A stretch of 64,000 nt of DNA from Neophaeotheca triangularis (Eukaryota). The stretch lies in the NCBI GenBank assembly GCA_054600435.1, contig BAAIJX010000050.1:1-64000 (forward strand), read 5' to 3'. Shown here piece after piece: positions 9,828 to 19,421 of this stretch. The position numbers were made by a program, and so were the translations under genes. How positions within the stretch are numbered: position 1 is the stretch's first letter; each line of letters begins with the position of its first letter. The notes beneath the pieces are model-generated. The model was not told the DNA's origin and did no database searches. It was given only the letters and a program-made list of their open reading frames with translations.

Positions 9828-11726
9828 TTACGAAACGTCTTGAATGTCGAAGATATTGTCGAAATTTCCAAGTAGTTCAGGCGGCAATTGGAATGGAGAC
9901 AGATCTAGTGGATCTTCTCCGACGAGGGGTGGCATGAAATCTTGTGGAAGATGTTCGAGGGTCGAATCTTCCCCTGGTTGCGCTGGTTCGCCGGTCATTC
10001 CATACGCCAACCGTCCAGAAGCCATGTGTTGATCCAGTTTCGCAACTTGATCCAACAGCCGCTCACTGGCTCCTTTGCTTGCGTGCAGTCCTTCGAGGTT
10101 GGACAGCATATGTGACATTGAAAGCATGGTCTCTCTGATGTTCTGGTAGTCTCCCTCTGAAATCTGCTGTCCTAGTACTGATCCCAGTAGTTGCGCAATG
10201 ACAGCCAGGTGGAAGAGTAACGGTACGCTGATGGCGTGATGGTACTCGATCGGGACAGCGAGGAAAGCACTGAGAACCTCGTTGGCGACTTTACACCGTT
10301 CAGATGTGGTGGCTCCAGTAGCAGACAGCAATACCATGCTCAGTAACTGCAGGGTTGCAATGATATCGGCCGTTTGAAAGCCGAAGCGGTCCAGCTTAGG
10401 TCTGTGGGTGTAAGACTTCACCTCCTTGAAGCACTGTGGCAAGTCGGAGTACATGCGGTCAACATGGCTGCGTACACGCTCATAAGAGAGGTTGGGTGTC
10501 TCTTGAAGTACGCTTTGGATGTGGTTATGTCGGAAGGCCGAGCCAGAACGGGCAGGCGAGCGAGCAATGACATTCTCAATCAATCGATACAAGTCAGTGA
10601 CAAAGTTCCGACCAGCGATCCAGCTGGTCACTAAAGAGCTGCCGGATTGCTGGGATGGCACCTCGTTGAGAGTGGCGAAGCCCTCGTCATCGAAGGAATC
10701 ATCATCGGCCACAGTAGGATACTGGACATTCGACTGCTGCTCACGACTTCGAATGACCCCTCCCCAAGCTATCGAGGTGAAGACGTCAAGGGTGTAGATT
10801 GACCAAAAGAGTCGGCGACGCTCTTCCATTTCGACGGTGCCGATATTCCGTGGCCAATTTGCTTCATCGTGCAAGCCGTACACAGCAGTGAGCGTATGAT
10901 ACTGGCCAAGATGCCGATGCATGTTGCGAATATTTAAACCCTGTATTGCAGCGAGTGCGAGGACAGCATGAGCTTGAAGGATCGTGAGGTCCGGCCTTGT
11001 TTTCAACATACAGGGCTGCTTGATAGCCTGTTCGTAGAAGTTCGCCGGTGTCGCCTGTTGGAGTGCCGCAAAATTTCGACGTGAGCTAGAGACTGCGCCA
11101 TCACGTACACGAGCGGCTACCAACGAGCATACGGACATTGTAAGTGCGAAAAGGCCAGGATCTGATGTGTATTCCGCGCGGGAGATACGCCTCACAAACG
11201 ACGGTTGGTGAAACAATGGGAAGATAGGATAGACGATCTCGAAGTAGAGCTCTACCAAATCAACAACCGTGGCTTGCGAGCTGACGTCTGGAGCACGCCA
11301 TGGGACTGGTGTCGAGTACTGCTCGTCGTAACCGTAGGTCATCGAGCGGGAACAGCCCGACCCTACAGACCTGGACTCATTCGCAAATCTCACCGGCGAC
11401 GACGTCGGCTGCTCGAGCTGCGCATCCACATCAGTGCTAGAGGGCGGCTCTGGCAGTCCACGAGGACGATTATCCGCGAGATCGGCGTCCTCCGTGTGGC
11501 GTGCAGGGCCCGGGCGGCGTGGCGGTGCTCCTCTCCTTTTCGCCTGGCGACTGAAAGTACAGGCTTGGCCAAAGCGAATGCAGTTCTCGCAACCTGGGCC
11601 GTTAGGCTGTGGCCGGCAACGAATGCTCCGACCGTGGCAGTAGTCGCATGCCCGGGTGATGCGCCGCTGCTTCTGCTTGGGGGTTCCGCCACCAGTCGCG
11701 GTGCTGCCAGGCATGGCAGTGGACAT
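9828..11726 (-). CDS. Zn2Cys6 transcription factor with fungal-specific TF (middle homology) domain
   Basis: RACDYCHGRSIRC...CENCIRFGQACTF; YFEIVYPIFPLFH; EERRRLFWSIYTLD. First ATG 11726 (alternative 11714). Confidence 0.94.
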   Translation of the reverse strand: MSTAMPGSTATGGGTPKQKQRRITRACDYCHGRSIRCRPQPNGPGCENCIRFGQACTFSRQAKRRGAPPRRPGPARHTEDADLADNRPRGLPEPPSSTDVDAQLEQPTSSPVRFANESRSVGSGCSRSMTYGYDEQYSTPVPWRAPDVSSQATVVDLVELYFEIVYPIFPLFHQPSFVRRISRAEYTSDPGLFALTMSVCSLVAARVRDGAVSSSRRNFAALQQATPANFYEQAIKQPCMLKTRPDLTILQAHAVLALAAIQGLNIRNMHRHLGQYHTLTAVYGLHDEANWPRNIGTVEMEERRRLFWSIYTLDVFTSIAWGGVIRSREQQSNVQYPTVADDDSFDDEGFATLNEVPSQQSGSSLVTSWIAGRNFVTDLYRLIENVIARSPARSGSAFRHNHIQSVLQETPNLSYERVRSHVDRMYSDLPQCFKEVKSYTHRPKLDRFGFQTADIIATLQLLSMVLLSATGATTSERCKVANEVLSAFLAVPIEYHHAISVPLLFHLAVIAQLLGSVLGQQISEGDYQNIRETMLSMSHMLSNLEGLHASKGASERLLDQVAKLDQHMASGRLAYGMTGEPAQPGEDSTLEHLPQDFMPPLVGEDPLDLSPFQLPPELLGNFDNIFDIQDVS

Positions 11727-13863
11727 TAAAGAGCCGTCGATCTTGATACTGAAGGAATATGCCCCTAGTCCGGGAGACCGGGAGGATAGAGCAGTTGTAC
11801 ACGTAGGAGAAGGCGGCGTGGGCGCGAGTTGCGAGTGATGGGCGCGCACGGCGCGACGAGGATCAGCGGTAGACTTTGAGATTCAGAGATCATCCACTCC
11901 ACCCATCTCACTGCCCCTCCACCTGTTGCGACAGCATGAGAAATTGCATTAGACGTTGAACGCGAGTCTACGTTCCGAACATGGCTGGGACAGATGGTGG
12001 TCGTCTAGGCTTTGCCAAGACTGTTTCTGCCTGAGGCATTCAAAGGGTCACTCCAACATCACCTGGGCGCGTTCAGGCCAATATCTGATTGCCCAACTAC
12101 ACTGATCACCACACAATAACATCGCCACAATTGCGCCCCACGACATGTCATACAGGGCGGCGAATCCATGCGGACGCTCCTTCCCCCTTCCACAGCGCCT
12201 GCGCGGCGATAGCACATAGTGTGGACCTGCAATGAGGGTGCATGGAAAGACGATGCGGGCGAAGGCACCTTAAGGCTATACCTGGTGATCACAAGCTTGA
12301 TGAGGAGCATACGTGTGACTCAGTACAACATTGGGTATGGTAGGTGGAGGCTGGACCGAGACCATCTCCGGGCGCTTTTCATTGAAGAAGGCCAAGTACA
12401 TCTTGGCCAATATATCCTCTTTCGTAACGCCAGCACGTCACGACTGCTGTTAGGGCGATGGCTTGACCGTAGAGAGCCTATCGCGAGGAAAGGCTGTGCG
12501 CAACGCGGTCTCAGACTAAGCGATCAGCCTAGGCTTTCCACAATCCAATCTTGTCACCAATATGCTTTCGCGCTCTCCGCCCTCTTTGGTCGTTCCCGCT
12601 CAATGCTTTTGGCTGTCACCATTCCCACCGAGTTTTCATACACTGCTCAAACCTTGTTCCCGACTCCTTTCCTCGCAGCCTTCGCAGCCATTGCGGTCCG
12701 CGACATGACTGGCGGAACAAAGACTCTGGGCAGCACCGTTGAGGCTTCAGCCGAAGTGATGGTGAGGATGGTGGACTTAGTGGAGTCGGAGTCGGGCTGT
12801 TAAGCTTGGAGTAGGGCGATTCGGAACCTGAGGGCGGCAAAAGTTGAAGAGCGGTAGTGAATGGACGGTTCGATAACCTGCAATCGAAAGCTACTCGAAG
12901 TAGAGTCGAGCGCTGGTCGAGACAAAACGATAGCTGTGAATACGTCAGCGTTGTTGGCAATGGAAAGGCGAATCGGATGCTGAATGCTGTACCGAAGGTG
13001 GGAGTCGGAGGAAGGCCCACATTCGATCGAGCTGAGATAGTCAATTAGGGTTTGACCAAGCTGTAGCAATGTGAGTGAGATTGGTTGTTTCCAGAGCGAC
13101 GAGATGCCTCGGAAGGAGCGGGGATGTTCAAGCAGAAGAGTTGGTGGTAGCTTTGGATCGCTCTGTGGGCTCTGAGTTGCTGAAGTCGTAACTACGCTTT
13201 CCTGGAGGATTGGTGTCACCAAAGTGGTATCCTGCCCATCAGCTCCGTCAAACGGCACTTCCCGCGCACAAGCTTGTGAAGGAAGCGAGTATAACAGGTG
13301 TCTCGTTCAAATTCTCCAAAACGCATGAGGTATCTCCGACAGGATTGCAAGTAGGAGGACACACAATCAACATTGCCAATGTCGCCCGGGCCTTGTCGCC
13401 TTGCCAAGACTAAGCATGGGACCATCTGGAATGGGCTCCCTCGAGCGATGAAGCGGCAGAGAGACCAATTCACATCGCTCATCGTGCTGTCAAGAGGCCT
13501 TGGAAAGCCAGAAACGTCGAGCTTGTTTCGAGTCAAGCTAGTCGGTGCTTCAGAACTCGCCTATCTGATCGGCCTCAAGTCCGTTTCTACAGCAAATGTC
13601 CATCCTAGGCTTCATAGCTGAACAATGTTGATAGTCGCATGTCGATCTCCGCAGACTATCTCGAATGGAGGACTTGCGCTTGCAGTCAAGAGTACTACTA
13701 GGGACATCTTTCGAGGGGCACTGTAGCGGTAGTACTGGATTCGATGACAGTGACCACCCTCTCTAAGCTACTAATTAAGTATGTAAGGAGCGCAAACCTG
13801 CGAGCTCCTTCCGATAGCTCCCTGTGGCTCTCCACGGGGATGTGCACCGACATGCTCCTTAGA

Positions 13864-14720
13864 CAGACTTGTCATCAATCAAGCCTAGTCAAATCAAAAT
13901 CAAATCGCTACCTGTTTTGACTTGAACTTGGCGTCGATCAAGACCAACTCGATTGATTTAGTAGACCTACCAAGATTAATTCTAACTATGGCTTGATTAG
14001 AAGGCTTCTCAAGGCTTCTTTTAGACTCGTCGCGGGGAACTATCGCTCTATTAGTAGCTCGCTAAATAGGCGCTATATGCTCTACTAATTACTATTAGAG
14101 TTCTATAATAGTAGTAGTAAGGACTACGTATTAGTCTATTACTACCTCTTCTTATTCTTATAGGGTGTTAACTCCGGTTATAGTATTAGGGGAGTCCGCT
14201 AGGTTAGTGTCGTTAACCCGAGGGCATAGCGAGCGCGATAGTACTATAATGTCTAAGCGAATCTTAACCTAAAAAGGTTCTAAGATCGAATAGAATTGTA
14301 AGACTAAGACTATAACTCGGTTAGGATTATAGTGTAGCGAGGGCGGAGCGTAATAATAGTAATAATAGTAATAGTCCTTTAATATAGAAACTATTCGATA
14401 GCAGATAGGAGACTTCACTATTAGCTATCTTATATACTTTCGTAGTGTGTACGCTTAGTACTCCCGAGCTACTCTATAGCTTAGGCCGCCGATGTCCTAC
14501 TAGCGCCGTGGTCGTAACAAATAGCGAAACCTGAATCTCTTCACTCCTTATCTATAGTCTAGAATATCGGGAGTGAAGAGGTAGTAAACACGCTTAGCCT
14601 ACCTAGCGAGCATTAATGGCGGCTACCTTTCGCATGGATTATATAATTCAAGAAGGCCGGTTTTAGCCTAGGACTCGAACGCGAGTCCTAAGCTTTAGGG
14701 GGAGGTAAGGGACACCTAAC
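13864..14720. mobile_element. RIP-degraded DNA transposon fragment starting with a TIR of the same family as the 23.1-24.0 kb element
   Basis: CAGACTTGTCATCAATCAA at 13864-13882 (one mismatch to the 23098 TIR), followed by ~850 bp of TpA-rich, stop-riddled sequence with no ORF; right end approximate. Confidence 0.65.
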
Positions 14721-15815
14721 CACTAAGCATGGCTGCGGTAGTTATGATAGTAGGATTTGTTGGTAACCGAATATATTACCTGCAGCTCTGTTACGTTCAC
14801 TACGGATTCAAAGGTAAGTGTGTCTTGGCAAAGTACACACCGTGCGGTATGCAGGCGACGACGGATACTAGCACTGCGCTCTCCTGAATGCTGAAAGTAG
14901 CATACGGGCGTGGGCACCCCTTGACTTTTCGAGCGCCCAGTTACGGTGCATCAGGACATCTCTGGCTTCTATTCAATATTACATCTCCAGGTCATTCGTC
15001 TCTTACTTACCCCCCTTTCCCTCGTCTACCGCTCCTTTACTTCCCACTCCGATGCCTTTGCTCTCCTTTTCGTCCTCCTTTGCCCTTCCCTTTCCCACCT
15101 TCTCGCCATCACTTGCCCCTTCCCTTGCCTTGTCCAGTCTCCCTGAACTCACCTGCACCCTTGGCTTCACCAATTTTCTTCCCCTCCTCTACAGACTTCG
15201 TCCGTTTCTTTTTCTCCTTCCCCTCTTCCCGGTACGGCCCCTCTACCGCCCTCTTCTCCTACCCTTCCTCTCGTTCACCTTTCTTCTCCAGCTCCCGCCG
15301 CTCCTCCGTCTTCCTACCTCCTTTCCTCCGAGCATCCTCAGCCGTCCTTCGCTTCCGAGACTCCACGGCCCTGCCTTGGGCGGATCTAGTTTCGAAGCCT
15401 TCTTCGAAAGCGTCTTCTTTTTGGAAAGAGCTGTTTGCTTAATAGACATGTGGTGGGAGAAATGCGTGGCTCCGGGACTGAGATGGGAGATGAAGGAGGA
15501 ATTTGAAACCGGTCCAGGGAAAAGGCACCGGAAGTGGAGTTGTCGTGCTTGCTCGTTTGTGTGCTCTAGCAGCGTTTGGGTGATGTGGTCATAGTGTTTG
15601 CTCCGTTCGTTGCTTTGCATGGTTAGCACTCGCTACCTCGAACCAGCTGTGTGAGTTGGTGTGAGAGAGTACCCACCAGCAGCATATCTGCGCAAAAACA
15701 CAGGCGATATTCAGTCCGGTTTGGCAGGCTCCCGTGAAGATTCAGCGAGCGTATGATCTCTTGTCACCAAAGCAAGAATGGGAAGCGAATGGTAGACTGT
15801 TCGACTGGTCGTAAT

Positions 15816-18188
15816 TCACCGCCGCTTCCTAGCTCCCCCGGGTCCGTCTCTGTCCGGGGCCAATCCAGCATATCGTCGGCCCGGTATAGGTTCGCTGACC
15901 GCTTGTGACGTGAAAGAGCAGTGGCCAACCCCGTTCTGACCATCCTCGTCTCCGGTTCCCACGACTCCCCACTGGACCGGCAAGAAAGCTGCATCGACAT
16001 CATCCGCCGGTGGGTGACAAGCCGCTGCTATGGCGAGACTGCAAGATCCAGCTACAGGCATGGTGCTTGCGAATTTGCGGAAACCTAGGCCCACTAATGC
16101 TAGAAGCATGATCGAGCCTAGTACGATACACGCAAGGATGGCTGGGGGACTGAAACCCGCAGCTGTGATTTTCCACTCTAGTTGCTCTAGATCGTCCTTG
16201 ACGAAATCGATCCTGGTGAGGAAAAGGGCTTGCGAAATCAGTGTATGCAAGACCGTCGTGGATATTATGAGCGTAATGCTGTACTGGTAGGGCAATTGCA
16301 GCCAATACGTGCTTCTCTGCGAACCGTGCTCTACGGTGACTCGGAGACCTTTTCGTTCGACCGCGTAAGTGCTCCACTCGTGCGCTAGAAGCATGCTAGT
16401 AAGAACGCCATTGTACATGAAGTAAAGGAAGGATACGATCGCCTGAGGAAGATTGACCAGAAGGACATGGGCGAGAAGAGCCGAGACGCCAAGTGCTGGT
16501 AGACCAGTGTCTACTAGAAGACGGGTATCAGCTCGTCCGAAACCAGTGTCCAAGAACGCATTAAGTGCATTGAGGCCCATCCACTCTGCAACCGTCGTGA
16601 GCGCTGTCGAGAGGAGTATCGAGGTAGTGACGAGAGCTAATATGCAGAGAGTTAGAGCTGATGACCAGCGTCTTAAGCTGACGGCAGCGAGCCAGCGTTG
16701 CCTAACGTTGCGATGCACATGACCAGAACTTTGTTGATGATTCGGTTGTGTAGATTTCGGACGGGCAACGGCACCGTTTTTAGACAACAGGCAGAGATTG
16801 CCCGCCAACTCGTCGGGCCGGTCCAGGTAGCTTGCAACGGCATCCCCTAAAGTGACCAGAGAAGGTATCTTTCCTATCCATAGAGCTACGAGCATGGCAA
16901 CCGTCTTAATCGCGTTGCAAGCAACCACGACTATTAGGATCGTGTCGCTGATCTGTAGCTTACAGCCTTCTGGCTTCAGTTCTGAGAGGCAGTAATCAAT
17001 TCTCTTCCCTCCAAGGGTCCATGGTTTGCCCGACGCCTCGATAGTACTAGGACTACATTGATGCCTATCATCTTGTTCTATGTCCGTGCAGATCCACCGA
17101 TGGGTGTTCTGCTTCGTGTCATCGCCTATCCGCACCCCTCCGTTCAGTTCCGAGTAAGCAAAAACTGTCTGTTCGGGAACATCTCCCGGCTCTCTAGTAA
17201 TTGCAAGCAAGTTGCTACGTCCGGTAAGAAAGTTTGTTGCATGTTTTGATATGCACTCTGCGGGGTCAGTGATGTTTTCAACATACGAGCGGTTTTTGTA
17301 GATGTCGTGGTATGTAAACCTTCGCTGCAAGCTGTTAACGGCAGGAGCATATGTTGACCACGCAAGCCGTCCGTTTCTTGCGTTAACCATGCTCCAGTTC
17401 CCGGTAAGTTCGCTCTTGAAAAAGTCCTCGTTGACGGCGGCCATGCTGTAAATTTCCGCGTTTGCCGTCTTGAACACGGCTGAATTGTATAGCAGATGAA
17501 TTGGGATGCTAGTGAATCCCAAGACGAACCACAGCACTGTTCGCGCCCGCTTCACCCGGAACAAATTTCTGAGACTAGCAACCCCTATATCTAACCACCT
17601 CCCATCCATATGAGCTTTGTCAATTTCGTCGCGGGTCGGCGCGGTGAGGCACTGCATGGAGTAGTTTGAAGCGCTCAACATCGTCGAGCTGAGGATGTTG
17701 ATAAGAAGATGAAGTGCTATTGACAACCATGTAACCGTCTGGCAGTTGCCACTGAATGCTGTGAAGATTTCTCCGGGTTCTTCGTGGATCTCGCCGTATC
17801 CGTCGACAACGAAATTTACATCTTCATTATTGTTTCGGCGAACGACAATCCAAATCGTCACCGCCAGGTTGACAACCATAACTAGAAAGGTTGAAATGGA
17901 AGCCATGGTCACTCCAAAACGCCACCCTTTCCATTTCTTCTTCCTCTCCCTGATGGCGGCGGTCTCCCGATGCGTCACGGTCGTCGCTGAAGGTCCAGGT
18001 TTTGCCGAGTGCCCACTTTCAGTTTGCGGAAGCAAGGACTGCTCGGACTCGTCAACATGTGGGAGCAGCTTCTGGGTGGACATGTAGCTAGCAGCTCTCG
18101 CCCTAGGCGGTTCTTGAAGCTCCGCAAGGCTGTTTGGCTCTTCTTGAGGTATATCACTGTTCCGCCCGGTTCCTGACTCCAGTGTCAA
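15816..18188 (-). CDS. Fungal multi-pass membrane protein, DUF6536-like
   Basis: 790 aa ORF with LHLLINILSSTMLSASNYSMQCLTAPTRDEIDKAH...WLDIGV, QRSTYWLQLPY, GSCSLAIAAACHP, and many hydrophobic segments. Start uncertain (first ATG ~18083). Confidence 0.82.
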   Translation of the reverse strand: MTLESGTGRNSDIPQEEPNSLAELQEPPRARAASYMSTQKLLPHVDESEQSLLPQTESGHSAKPGPSATTVTHRETAAIRERKKKWKGWRFGVTMASISTFLVMVVNLAVTIWIVVRRNNNEDVNFVVDGYGEIHEEPGEIFTAFSGNCQTVTWLSIALHLLINILSSTMLSASNYSMQCLTAPTRDEIDKAHMDGRWLDIGVASLRNLFRVKRARTVLWFVLGFTSIPIHLLYNSAVFKTANAEIYSMAAVNEDFFKSELTGNWSMVNARNGRLAWSTYAPAVNSLQRRFTYHDIYKNRSYVENITDPAECISKHATNFLTGRSNLLAITREPGDVPEQTVFAYSELNGGVRIGDDTKQNTHRWICTDIEQDDRHQCSPSTIEASGKPWTLGGKRIDYCLSELKPEGCKLQISDTILIVVVACNAIKTVAMLVALWIGKIPSLVTLGDAVASYLDRPDELAGNLCLLSKNGAVARPKSTQPNHQQSSGHVHRNVRQRWLAAVSLRRWSSALTLCILALVTTSILLSTALTTVAEWMGLNALNAFLDTGFGRADTRLLVDTGLPALGVSALLAHVLLVNLPQAIVSFLYFMYNGVLTSMLLAHEWSTYAVERKGLRVTVEHGSQRSTYWLQLPYQYSITLIISTTVLHTLISQALFLTRIDFVKDDLEQLEWKITAAGFSPPAILACIVLGSIMLLALVGLGFRKFASTMPVAGSCSLAIAAACHPPADDVDAAFLPVQWGVVGTGDEDGQNGVGHCSFTSQAVSEPIPGRRYAGLAPDRDGPGGARKRR

Positions 18189-19421
18189 GGCCTCGCGCGA
18201 CTCATCGCCGTAGGGCCAAAAGCTGTGAACAGAAAGATAGCCCGGGACACTGCGGACGCGAAAAAGGTCAGCTACATTGGCACCGACACGGTCCCCGTAC
18301 TTTTGCGGGCTGGTTACCTCGCACTGGGAATCTCCCGCAGCTCGACAGAAGTGCTCTGCCCTTCTGGATCGTCGTGAGACTGCCCGTTTGTGAGTCTCTT
18401 GTAATTGTGATTCTGTGCAGACGACATTGCGTGTTTGTGGTGTCGTAGTAAGATGAAGAAGAAGAGTTCAGAAAGGAGCCCAAGGTCACAAAAATGCACC
18501 TACATCCGCCGAGCCTGGCAAGTACGGTGTTGCGTCTTAAGAGTGAACATGCTGGATCACATGCAAGAGAAGGTCGTTGCGGGCTGGGCGCTTAATTTAA
18601 CTTGCATATAGGAGTCCGTGGCTGACGCACAAGCGACCGGTGAAGACTTGAACTTCACCCATTCGCTCAAGCTACGGAGGCAGCCGCCAGGCTCTATTGC
18701 CTTACTCCACCACGAAAAGGGTGGCGGAATAGGGACGTACTGCAGGCACGGAACCACTGCGAATTAAACCTCTGCAACTCTGGCTTTCAGTTCAGGGCTT
18801 CGGTTAATACTACGTACGATGTGCCGCTCTGGCGAGTACGCAAGCATTTCGCCACTGGGAGCGAATGTTTTCGCCATCAGAGAATGGTAGTCAGTCGGAC
18901 CATCTGCGCAAGCTGTATACCTACCAAGGAGGGCGCAGGGAATTGTCAGTGCTAGACTGGTATCCCTGGCCAACTATTCCGAGGGAATCAAGGCCTTTGA
19001 TCCTACCCAATAATATGAGGCCGCGAATGCCGTAGGATTCTGGCGTTTGCGCGTTAGGGCTTCGCTCATATTGGTAAGGCGGGGGCCGCTTGCTGTTGAA
19101 TACTGGAGTAGGATTCGACATCTTTGTCTCGCCGATACAGACATTTTTTCATTACAAAAAAAAAAAAGAGCACATTGTTACAGTCTATATACTAATCCTA
19201 CCAAGTTTCACGATTTGTCGAGTACTGTACGTTGCGCACGAGCTACGGGTAGTATCTGAGAAGAGGTATAGTCTCCGCTTCCCGTAACGCGACAAGCCAC
19301 AAGCCAGGGACGCGACGACACTCTAGCGATATCGACATCTACTCGCTACACCATACTCTGTCAGTAACACAGTCTCGTATAAAGCAGAAAAGACTACTGT
19401 TCGTTTAGACAGTCGAGAAAT

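Noticed and set aside
12059..13621. Overlapping 100-190 aa ORFs next to the cluster
   Set aside because: No recognisable motifs; possibly a decayed minus-strand gene, but unassignable.
14888..15629. ORFs across the pyrimidine-rich tract
   Set aside because: Low-complexity frames; the K/E/G-rich minus frame has stops and no recognisable domain.
12550..15770. CTTGTCACCAA TIR-core matches at 12550 and 15760
   Set aside because: They lack the terminal CAGA and subterminal repeats, and are in the same orientation; cannot be called element ends.
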